Of a stretch of 64,000 bases of DNA, positions 25,333-37,385 are shown in pieces. A program made the position numbers and the translations under genes. Under the pieces are notes generated by a model. The model saw only the letters and a list, made by a program, of their open reading frames with translations. It was not told where the DNA came from and did no database searches. Source of the stretch: Setoptus koraiensis (lineage: Eukaryota; Animalia; Arthropoda); contig CM106586.1 of assembly GCA_048013815.1 (NCBI GenBank), forward strand, positions 7,378,001 through 7,442,000. The letters run 5' to 3'. How positions within the stretch are numbered: the stretch's first letter is position 1; each line of letters starts with the position of its first letter.

Positions 25333-25600
25333 ACTGTATCGGCTGTAAGTCACCGGCAGGCATAAATTAAGTTTTAGCGGTCGCAGCTCACGGCGCTTCG
25401 TACGGCGCTTGTGCGCATCGCACACGCAGCAGCATCAGCAAAAAATAAATATATAAAGAAAGAGATAACGATGGCCATTGTGGGCCGGGGAATCATGCTG
25501 CATCGTCATTATAGCAACAACGGCAGCGCCAGCAGCAACAAACAACAACAACACCGAAACAAAAAGATGCTCCACGTAAATTCTTCGTTTGCCTTCGCTC

Positions 25601-25675
25601 GTCGGCCGTTCGCTGTCGGCCGTTCGCTGTCGGCCGTTCGCTGTCGGCCGTGCGGCTGTCGGCGGCCGTTCGCCG
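25601..25675. repeat. 14-bp GC-rich tandem repeat (GGCCGTTCGCTGTC x about 5, decaying)
   Basis: Three near-perfect units followed by degenerate ones. Confidence 0.85.
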
Positions 25676-27577
25676 GAGCTAGCGGCCGGGCGCAGGTTCC
25701 GCGAACAATGTGCTGACGCTGCGGCCTCGGCCAGGTAAGGCGACGTGGGACAAACAGGCGAGAACGTGGAGTGTGTGTTTAAAGTGCACTACTGAGGTAC
25801 ATTCAATGTAGCGATGTTGTGCGCGTTTAAACACACAACGCGCAGGAAGGAGGGCAGTGGAGGCACATCATCATATGTGCATTGTGACTCACAATTTGTG
25901 AGGCGTTCGTTGTGGCATTCGCTGTGGCATTCGCTGCAAACGGAACTGAAAACACCATTAGCTTTGCGCGTCGCACCGATCAATGGCACCAATCGATCGG
26001 TGTGATGCCGTGTTTGGTGGCCTGCCATTTATTATGTTGATTATGATTATCGGCGGCCCGTGGCATGCTCAAGAATTCATTATCTGTTATGAGCGGCCGC
26101 TGACTGCTCGCGATTTGGGGACCGCCCCGCTCGTGAGCAGGCTCGCTCATGAGCGCTCATGAGCGCTCGTGAGAGCGCCCCCGAGCTGAACAAGTTGGGG
26201 CGCCGGTGGCCGCACTTGGGCCAACAGCGGCGGCCAATCGCCGGGTTTGACAATATTCGCTGCCGGCGCTGCCAACGAATACTGTCGATCGCGAATCTCG
26301 GCTCGCGGATGACGCGAAACAATCGCAACTGGCGAGAGTTTCCAACCTCAGTTTGCGAACGCCAGTTTGCGGGCCGGTCAGCTTGCCTGCTGGCGCACTG
26401 TTCGATGCAGCGTTTGGTCGCGGAACTTTGATGGTGTGCGCCAGTTTTTGTCGGCCATTGAAATTTGATCGAATGTTGATCAATCCGAATCTGAGTTGCA
26501 GTGTGTGCACCGCGAATACCAAATCACACGCACACACACACACACTCAACGACGTCGAATCAACGTGAGCGGCCCAGCAGAATGGTCGGCCACATGAAAA
26601 GGAGTAAGGCGGCGAGGGCGCATGCGCGCCGCGGAAATGTGAACCGTGTTTGCAAGTTTGTTTGTCTTTTTACGTTTTGATTATACTTGCCACCATCGGC
26701 AGCGGCAGCATCATCACTGCTTTTGGCTGCACTCACAGTACAATTTTGCCCGACTGATTGTGGCGAACGCCTGGCAGTCTGCGCCAGGCACATTTTGTCG
26801 CTCTCGCCGTGTACCGTCGTCGTGTCGGTCGTCGTGTGCGCGTATGCATGCGAGCGTGTGTGCCTGTGTCGAACTGTGTGATGTGCGCTGCCGCTGGTGG
26901 CTGCTGGATACATGGTGGCTGGTGCTGCAAGAATGAGAAAGTTCGCCCTCGGGTTGTCCGCTACCAGTTGTGGCGCTGCCGCATGCACAAGCAGTGCGCT
27001 CACACATTGTGAGTCACAATGGGTCGAACCATCCGACTCGAACCATTCGATCCGGTGCGGCCCGCGTCTGTGTGCAAACGTCTCTGTGTTAGCTATAGGT
27101 AAACAGCTGAGCCGCGCCGCGAGGGGGCCGCACTCGGTTGGGCAAGTCGGAGTGTGCGCAGTGGCCGCTTGGTCAGCGCGGCGCGGCCAGCCACGGTGCC
27201 GATTTGTGTTGAGCATTCGCTTTTTGCACGGTAACGTGAGCACAACAGCGACTAGACAGCAGCAGCGAGCAGCAGCGAGCGAACTAAAGTATAACTAATT
27301 CGATAGCTGGTTAATTGTTGTCGACACACACGCACACGCACGCAGATAGATTACTCAAGAGCACACATTAGCGAACTTTTTAACTCCACGCTCACATTGC
27401 AAGAATGTCGTCATAGACGCACACACACATAACACACAACGCACACGCTATAACACACGAATAAGGGTTAACACACGCGTAAACGGGCAGAGAAATAGAA
27501 TTTGCACCATCGCACGCAAATAGAACTAAATAGACGCAAATAGAGTGCAGGCCAGACAAAGGGTTGAGCGCAACAAG

Positions 27578-29890
27578 ATGCGAATATTCGATTCTCTACA
27601 TGGCAGTGGCAACAACCAGCGATCGCAGCAGCAGCATCACAGCACATCAATTCCAAATTTAGTTATCAGGCAGCCCGCCAACGGACACGCCGCCACCAGT
27701 TACAACAGTTACAACAACGGTAATGCAACAACCAGGCAAATGGCATTCAACAACCAACAACAGCGCCAACAACAACAACAAAACAATATTAATTCATTGC
27801 ATCACAACAACAGCAAGCAACAATTAGCAAATCATCATGAGCCACAACCAACAAAATGGCCGACGCGACTGGCCCAACTGGAGGTGTGCCGAGCGGAATT
27901 TTGGCGCTCCACGCTGGCCGAATGTCTCAGTTCCTGTATTTACGTATTTATAGTTTGTTCGACGCGAATCTCTTGGACGGGCAGCATCATCGGACACGAG
28001 CCCAATTTGGTGGCCGTGGCACTGGCATCAGGCATCACCATGAAGCTGCTCATTTACTCATTCAGGTCTGTCCACGTCAATCCGGCCCTCACAATATCGC
28101 TGTTCCTGCTGATGAGGATATCGCTGCTCAGGACGATATTGTACATATTCGCACAATGCCTTGGCGCCATCGCAGCAAGTGCCTTCCTCTATCTGTAAGT
28201 ACCCTCTGTCTCTCTTTGTAAATCTCTGCGTGTGTATCCATCCCTGCAACCGGACCCGCAAACGCTCGCCACTGGCGACTCGCCACTCGCCAGTGTCACA
28301 CGAGACCGCCACAATCATACTCTGTCGCCGAGCTCGCTCATTACCGACAGCTCTCTTTATTATTACTATTATCCCTCTCCAACTAACTACCATAACTCTC
28401 TCTCTCTCTAACTACTATAATTGCACTGTTATCCCCGGCGTTCCGTCTATCCAGAGTCTCGGTCAAAGGCCATGGTGGAGCTTTGGGGGTCGATAATCCT
28501 CACGAGCAGCTACTACTGTGGCACGTGCTAGTGGTAGAATTAGTGATCTCATTTCTAGTTACTCTTGTTACTTACGCAACATTCAGTTGGTCCACATACA
28601 AGACATTTATCAGCAACAACGCCGCCAACTGCACTGCTAAAATTAACGCCAACACAGATAACCACCGACACATCCGCAACAACACCAAAAGCCACACCAA
28701 CCACCTGCAAACTCCATTCTTGATTAGCAACCATTATAATAGAGTTTGCGATGATGCCACCTCCAATATTATTAGTGATATTAGAACAAACAAAAGCCAG
28801 ATGGCTTTCAACAACAATCTGACAGTATCAAATAGAAACAATAATCATCATCTACCCACCCAGGCACCCCTGCACCAGCAACAACAACATCAAAACAGCA
28901 ATCAACTTATATTCAACAATCAAGAGCAAGTGGAAAACTTTATTGCTACTATTCAACAGCAAACAAATAATAATATCAATAATCAGCCAGACAGTGGCTA
29001 CAGCAACAGTAGTAGCAGTAATGGTAACAATAATAACAATAATCGAAGTAGTGCCAATAATAATAGTAGGTACGAATACCCACCAGAACTATCCTACAAT
29101 CCAACAACAGCAAATAATAACAACAACAACAAGCAACAACAACAACACTACCTCGATGAACAGTATATTGAAGCCATACAGCAACAACAAAATCATCGAG
29201 CTCAATCAGATGACCATCATGATGACGAATACGACAATCATCGTTTGTATGCAGCAGCACAATTTAGGGGCCCTTCATTGAATCAACCAGCAGGTGTAGA
29301 CTCAACATTCAATCAAGCGCTAGCGCCTAATGGCTTTCCTGTCCATTTCACTGGCAATCAAGCGCTAGTAATAGGCCTAGCTTATATAGTGGCAACGTTA
29401 ACGGGTATTCCTGCCTCCGGAGCGTCGCTAAATCCAGCCAGAAGCCTAGGTCCAGCATTCATAATGAATCGATGGATCAATCATTGGGTCTACTGGTTGG
29501 GTCCTATAGCTGGCGCTATTCTTGCGGCATTTGTATATGAATTTGTTTTCAATCCATTGAGAAAGAACTCGCCATGTTTTAGGCCATCAATCCTTAAGCA
29601 AACAAATTGTCAAGATGATGATGACGATGATAGTAATAATATTCCCAGCATAAAACAAACTATCAAGTATCAACGATCACCACTTGTAAAGTCCTCTAGT
29701 TCCTTCAGATCAATCCAGTCCAACACTCCAGCTTTAGTGAAATCAACTCTCAACTTACCAACACAATTTTCTCAGCATCTTCAACATCAATTATCTACAA
29801 CTATCACGGGTATCAACCCCACTCAACCAGATATGATTGATAAGTCTCTAGAGCCACAATTTCATCACCATCTGAATTTCCAAAATCAAG
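27578..29890 (+). CDS. bib: Big brain-like aquaporin (MIP family); exons 27578-28194 and 28455-29890, continuing through a donor at 29891
   Basis: FWRSTLAECLSSCIYVFIVCS and ALASG match Bib TM1/TM2; HVNPA; LNPARSLGPAFIMNRWINHWVYWLGP; 260-bp intron CT|gtaag ... ccag|A keeps frame; CAAG|gtaag at 29891. Start codon uncertain (possible upstream exon through the acceptor at 27550). Confidence 0.9.
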
Positions 29891-32800
29891 GTAAGCAGTT
29901 TATGTCTCATCTTTTTAGACCCATCTATATTCTTTTCCACTAACGGCGAACCGGAGAACGCGCATTGCACTTAAATTCCCTGTATTATTGATATTGATTC
30001 GTACATGTTGTGTAGCATAACAGAAAAAAAACTAGAGAGGATAGAGGCCTCTCTTAAAGAAGTACTCAAGATTAATTGGCTTTGATTGACAGGGCAAGAG
30101 ATCCACGGGCACTTGAGCTATATGCTCATTGCACAATTATATGCATAAGTGGCTCTTCTCAGATGACATGTGACTGCTAGCAGAAATACATGCTCCCTTC
30201 CCCTATTGTGACAACTAAATGATAGGTGGCTTTCTAATTAATGGGCAAACTTACTGAAGGAGATACTTAATCTATTTCCTCGATAGCTTGTCTACTAAGA
30301 TTAGACTAAAACTTTTTGACGAAACAAAAGAGCTTTTCGCATCGCTCCGACAGCAATTGGATCTCTTTTGTATTCCACAACGACGCAGTAGAATATACTG
30401 TCGATGCAACTATACCCATGACGAATTTCTACGATAATTAGAGTTAGTAGTTCACCTATCAACGTGATGGCCGCCAGAAAAAGAGTGACGTTTGCCTCAG
30501 TTCAATAGCAATGTCATTTTATGATACATTAAGCCAGACTTTTCGAGCAACAATCAAATTCACTCGACTAATGGCAAGCGACGTGAGCTGAAATGTATTA
30601 ATTTGGTGCCTCGCTTTCTTTCTGTTGTTTTACTAGCCAGCGTTGGCCTCTCTTTCTTTTGTGCAAAAGTCTCCGTCGACTCTTTTTGTGGCTTCTGTGT
30701 ACAACGAAGCAGCCAGGGTAGAATCTATTATTTTTCTCGGTCTAGAACTAGTATCGTTCATGAAATTCGTGAGTCAATTACTAGATTGTAGGTGAGCCAC
30801 GCCCAGCTTCTTGTTTATCGTGGATCACACAAACAGAAAAGAAATGGCAGAAAAATAATAATCGAAGAAACTCAATCGAGTTAGCTTTTCGCTTTGGTCG
30901 CTTCGTTAGAAAGTTTCCAGCTGAATGTTCTAATCAGACCAAAAGTAACCATCTCTCGAAGCTATACGTGTATCCTAATCATCGAGGATCTCATTGTTGT
31001 TCCATTAGTATGAGCAGCGTATATGGCAACCTGTTTGGGGCGATCAATTGTGTGCTAGTTTAGCTAGCAAACTGGAGCAGAGAAAGAAGTCTGCCAACAA
31101 TGAGAGCTGTGCGAGATTCAACGTGATGGAAGGACTTGGCCAAAATAAATCTTCATTCTTGTCCAACGCCTCTCAGTCACGGCCTAATAGTTCCTAATTA
31201 ATCGAGCGAATCAGTTATATTATAAAGAGAAAGTTACCAGGACAAATCCGGGCCATTGGTGACTATGGAAAAACAGGCAAACGAGGCTTTGGAAATCGGT
31301 TCGTAAGCTGGTTGTATATATTTATATGTTTGTGCATAGGAAATCTGATGGAAATGGAGGATTGAAATCAGTTGTTCGTTGAAACTTCTATTGTTGTTTT
31401 AACAAGCCGTGCTCACAAACGAATTCTGTTTGTTTTTTTATCTTCTCCGACGAATCCGACTACGAGGATGTTATCGCGATAGAACACACTAATTGATTCA
31501 AGTTATCTAGCAAAATGCTGTCTAGCCTATATTGCTTAATGTTTCTATTTAATTCATATTCATTAGGCAGCCAAGTTGCACTATTTAGTTTTGGTTGGCT
31601 GGACACTATTTATGGTTTTTTGAATTCCCAACAGAATAGAACTGACAATATTCTGCATTTTGACAGTGGGATTTATATATATCGAAACTGTATAACAATA
31701 TACAAAAACAAATGATACACAACAATAATCAAACAAAAGCTTCTTTGTCAGTGTTGTTTTTGTTGGGATGCTTTATACTATTGTTGTTATTATTCACGAG
31801 CAGATAGAGTGTTGGATCGAGAAATGTATTGATGCTTCTGGCTTTCAGTTCAGATAAACAGTAAGGATTATGTAAGTGTATTAAACTGATAACTAAAATG
31901 ATCCCAAAGCAGCACGAAATGTGCAAGATACAGATGCAGCTCATGGAAACTGTTTCTGTTAATCATCGAATTCAAATGTGAATTTGTTCTGTTGTGAATT
32001 TGTTCCATTGAAATCAATTGTGTAAATCGATTGTATCTGAAATCTGTTTTCCACATATTGAACATAGATGCTCACATATTCATTATAAATTTTGCTTTTT
32101 TTAGGAGCCAGCCCTATGTCCCCGGAGCCCCATTGTTTGTTAGTTGTCGTTTCAACTCTAATGAAAACATATAACCATTGCCTTTGCCTATCGAACGGTC
32201 TGTTATTGACTATCATTCTTTTTATCGCACTCACGAAGCAAAGTTGCGAGAGACATGATGCGTTCGCAAAACTTTTGCCGTTGTTGTTGACTGAATCATC
32301 AACAACTGTGCACTAAATCTAATAGAATCAATGTTTAGATCGGAGCCTCGGTAAACTTTTCAGGGCATTGTGATAAAAAACCGAATAACTGTCCCCCTTT
32401 TCGTGGATCACTCATGCAAGAAGACAACAGAGAGAAAAGAGAAAACAATTTTGATGTCCCGTCAGAGAACAGTTTACTTTACAACCACTGTCAGTTGGAC
32501 AAACATTTAACTCTGATGGACGCCTCAAACTATCTTTGTCACTTTAAGCTAAACTAGACTTATGTTATTTTGCCCAACGAATGTGCATCATCATTCGACC
32601 GAACCCCTGTGTCTGTTGTCTAAATCGCTAGGTGCGCAAATCTATGTACGTTTTTTCTTTTTAGCAGTGCATCTTTGCTACTGCTGAAAGAACACAAACA
32701 ATCGTTGGCGTAATCCACTTGCAGTCGCAAATAGCCTCGTTAGTTTGCTAGCATCAATCGACGACCAACACAACACGCAAACCAACAATCAGTGTAGGAC

Positions 32801-35800
32801 TAGGAACAATTAGTTGTTGTTATGTTCTTCCGTTCATACCTTTGAGTTGTCAGCTTGATCATACTAACAATAATGATTGCCGAGCGAGATAATTCATGGA
32901 CGACGTAGTTGCAACTTGCGAATAACTGGTTCACCACTGGAATAAACTCTAGCTGACGTAGATAACAAGGTCGTCGTATTATGGCGAATTCATTGTTTAT
33001 AACGCGTTGACTGCGTGATATTGATTGTCATCATGCGGTGGACCTCCTAGATACTAGAGTGCATTCTGATGGTTGCCCTGTTCAGAGTTACAGAATGAAC
33101 ACCAATAATTATTATCGCTTCAATTTTGGTTGATTTCCTCTATCATCGAAAACTAAATGATTGCTCTAGAGATAGGGGCTGAGTCCTAGGTTGAGTCATC
33201 GAGTTCTAGCAGTGAGCTTATTTGATTGCATCCTGTGGGTCAATGTGCGTGGATTCCGCTTATCTAGCAGTGAGTTATATAATTAGGATGTGGGTCAAAA
33301 TGTATCTTGTCTTTGGTACTGCGAACGCCAGAGCGAACATTCCGTTGACTGTCAAGTTTCAGCGATAAAATCATTTAGCTGACATGTGTTCAGATAATAT
33401 TTCCTTTTCCACTGAGTTGCCTCCCCCAAGCAGAGCTGCCCTCAGGTGATCTCCTGCTTTATCGCACATTACCTAGACTATTTAATCTCGACAAAATAAG
33501 TTTCTCTCTGTGTTCCAACCTCCACATGGAATCCCCGAAAGATTGAGCCTTCAGCTTAGAACACATTTCCTATATGTGAGTTCAGGGGAAGGGCCTCGAT
33601 AGGAGAGTTCATTTTGCTACAGTAGTAAATAATAGTAAAAGTTCGTTTGTGATGTTTCGAGTCATTGATCTCGCTGCGAGCTTATGAGAACTACTTATTG
33701 CTGGAGATATCACACCCTGACCGATCTAGTAGAGCTAGCTCGCACTTCTTTTTCTTCCTTGGATAGACCAATCATAGATGAAGCTGGCACGTTAGTTGCT
33801 CATTTACTGTTAGCTTAAGATAAAATATACGAGCCTTAATAGAAGAAGCACGGTGCTATAGTGCAGCGGTATTGCTGAGCAAAACTACTCAATGTTAATG
33901 TCTATCATTCAGGAAGAGAATGATAAAGCGAGAAGAAGGCGAAAAAGTAGCGAAAAGAAGCTTGAATCTAAGCAATCATATGTAAATCAGATTACTATGC
34001 CTCTATAACACTCAAGCCATAGCACAGGAGCTGCTCTACATCTCGTTGTTCTTGTTAATGCAAACAAGAACAACACAAAAGAGAAGAAATAAGACCAACC
34101 CTAGAAGTAGCGGATGCACAATTCCATTCCACTCCAAGGTGGTCACCATATATTCTCTCTTGTTCTCCCTGGAGTTATTTTCAACAACGGCAAATCTCCA
34201 ACCCTCCAGACAAAACCTATCATCATGATTATTGTGACGGTAATGTTTTCTCAAGCGCCCCATTTTAGCCTTAGTATGACTGGCCTAGAGTGAGGCTCCT
34301 GAGGCGACCAGTGTCTGCTGGTAGCCATGATGACCACTTATTCACGACATGGATCATTTGGGGAGGCCCCGGTGAGACAAGTTTAGTTACAACAGAATAG
34401 AAACAAGCTCTATTTGCGCAGACCATCCTTGTTGACTCATTTTGTCAGATGTTGTTGCGGAGCCTTCCAAAACAGAAATAGCTCAGATGGGAGAAGAAAT
34501 TCCGAGATACATGCGATGGTGCCCGCCCATTTATCCAGCTCGTGTCTGGAGAATCGTTGGCACATCAGCTAGGAGTCTCATTGCATCGTGGCATGTGCTA
34601 GCAGCAGTGAAGTGGCAGAGCAAAAAATTAGCATAAACTTATGAGACTATCACTAAACGACGACACGTAGCTACCACATTTCAATCGCTATTCGCTCTCT
34701 GTGTATTTCGCCCTCAAAACTAATACCAGCTTTTAAAGGCTAGTTGCTAGTTGTTCATTCGTTGTGTCTGACCGATCAAATTTAACAATTCAAAATGGTT
34801 TGCATATGTAATAAACCAATGAACCATAAATTATTGGCCACCAGTAAGACGTGTATGTGTTTTGTTTTAATGGAGCCCCTGCCCATCTAATCGATATATG
34901 TCACACACACACACAAATCGAGGCAATGGTAGTTGAGAATAGGGAGATTTCTTATCTTGTTGACAAGTTAGTTGGATCACAAGAACAATGCCAGCACCAA
35001 GTGAAACTTTCTGTCATATGGTTAGTTGATTTGATAGATTATTATCAATTTAAAGATGCACTATGCAAACAGCAATTGTATTATTAGCTTTGCACAAACA
35101 GTCTCGACAAAATGTCATGTCCAACACATTACGCTCACAAAGAAACTTTGCTGGCACAACTGTAGCAATGCCTCTGTGTAGACGTCGAGTAGATATGTTT
35201 TTGATGCCTGTCACTCGATAGCTGGTAATTGTTTTCTGCTAGAACTGCTTTTAAAATGCCTCCATTCTTCCTGTTTGACAATCTCGCATATCAAGTTACG
35301 TAATTCACTTTTTTTTTCATCTTATTTCCTTGCACATAATGGATTGCGCGCTGGCTGCTTGATGATCGCGACTGCGTGACGACGACTATGAAATGATTCA
35401 TTAAGAAACAGATTTCTGCTTGGAATTTTGTTGTTCAATTTGTTTCAGTTTAGTGTGTATGTATGCTTGTTGTTCGCCCCTCAACAATAACACCGCCAGT
35501 GTGATTGGTCGCAAAATGAATGGCGCGTGTCATATGGATAGATCAGATAGCAATTTTCAGATATATATATACAGTAGTTTTGTTTTTGTTTCCACCAGCA
35601 TCATCATTTATTGTCATTCTTACACTTGTGTTTGTGTGCTACGGACAACCCTTGAAAACTTTCATCGTCATTCTTTGCTGGTCCACTCTCAAGTTTCTCT
35701 ATCTATGGTTGCGGCCTCTTATCACAGACCAAGACTGTTGGGATTTACTCTGGAATTTCCGCCAAGCAGAGAGACGTTGTACGTTGCAAAGACAATATCA

Positions 35801-37321
35801 CATTAAGCGCAATTTTGGGACATAAACAACCACCGCAGTGGAGAGGGGCAGAGAGAAAAAGAGAAGGCAAAAACAAATAACAAGAGCCATCTTCAAGTGT
35901 ATAAGCCAACTAAGACCCAACAGAGCATAGTGTTATTGTTATTGGTTGTCATAATAGATCTCATCGTGTCTCTCGATTCAATTGATTGATCACTTTAACC
36001 CAGGCCAATGTCATTTTATCTTGCCACATCTTCTTATGCTGTGCTGTTGACTCGTTGAGTTTCATTTGGCAAAAGAGGTTTACGTATTTGTTGACAGTTT
36101 GTGCTATGGCTAATTTGCAGCGTGTCAGTATTTGTGTTTCTCTCAACTAAGATTCTCTGTAGCCAGCATTGAATCGAGCGAATTGGCGCCCAGATTGTAT
36201 TACAGATGAATCTTTCGAACACGTGCTCAATCTTATCTTATGCCTAATCGTGACAGTGAGAAGTATAAGAAGGAAAAAACTCTTATGGAACGGTTATGGG
36301 CTCATTTCAATGCGACACACACGAAGCTTACAACAGACAGACTAACATTATAATAACTTTCTCTCAGAAACTCACGACCATGCCACCATAACCACTATTG
36401 CTAATAACCGAAAGCTCATGTGTGCCATCCCAGATGGGCATTTACACTATCTAAAGCCTATAGGCATTACATTTAAAATATGCGCCTCCACTTGTTTTGT
36501 ATCATTATACAATTTCGATTGCTTCGACAATGACGCAAGTGATTCCAATGAGCAAACACACGCAAGCATCTCGCTAGATAGAGAATTCGATTAGGCCGAC
36601 GATACTATCGAAAGATTTTTACATCTCTCCTCTAAAGTGCTGGCTAGTCGACCGTCGGGCCGCCCCCCCCCCCAAGTATTAACCATTCTAGTCCAGTGGT
36701 TTAACGCTAATCAAATTCAATGTGAATTACCGTGGACCAACTAACAAGTGTGTCCGTATGTGTGTCCGCATAAAATACGCCTCTGGCATTAGTTTATCCA
36801 GCCGAATTCAGCCTCGCACATATATATCATCAAGTATATGTGCATCATGATTGATACAATACAGACAGCAGAATGCATGCAAGGGTCTGCCGTGTGCATA
36901 TTGGTCAGTGCGACATTATTCATTATTTATCATATAATAATGCCTCTCATGTATCGTGCTTGTGACAATTGGCACAAACTCTTCTCTTGGCTCGGTAAAC
37001 ACAATGCGCCATAGCGTTGACCGAACCAACCGGCATGGACGCAACCGAGCAACAATAAGCGCATTTGCACGTGTATCGTATCAATCATCAGCTAAGGGTG
37101 CGGGCAAGTCATTACTGGAGCTTCATTTCCACTGGCCTGGCCATAATATTAGGTGAGGTTTGTGGGGTGCCCTTGTTATTGTGGTGGCGCACGGCCGCTG
37201 GATGCACGCGCTCAGACGGAGTTATATAAATAGTTGTCGGGTTTGTGCCGACATCTCAGGATGAACTATCCTTTCTGAACTAGCTATATGATCATTAAAG
37301 TATGATATCGAGTGTACAAGG

Positions 37322-37323
<2 letters not shown>

Positions 37324-37384
<61 letters not shown>
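37324..37384. repeat. (GT)n microsatellite, about 30 units
   Basis: Perfect run read directly. Confidence 0.97.

Positions 37385-37385
<1 letters not shown>

Noticed and set aside
25789-27298. Cluster of overlapping 60-227 aa ORFs
   Set aside because: Expected in GC-rich, stop-poor DNA; no recognisable domains.
33300-34640. Possible degenerate transposon ORFs
   Set aside because: No RT, integrase or DDE motif and no terminal repeats recognised in any frame.
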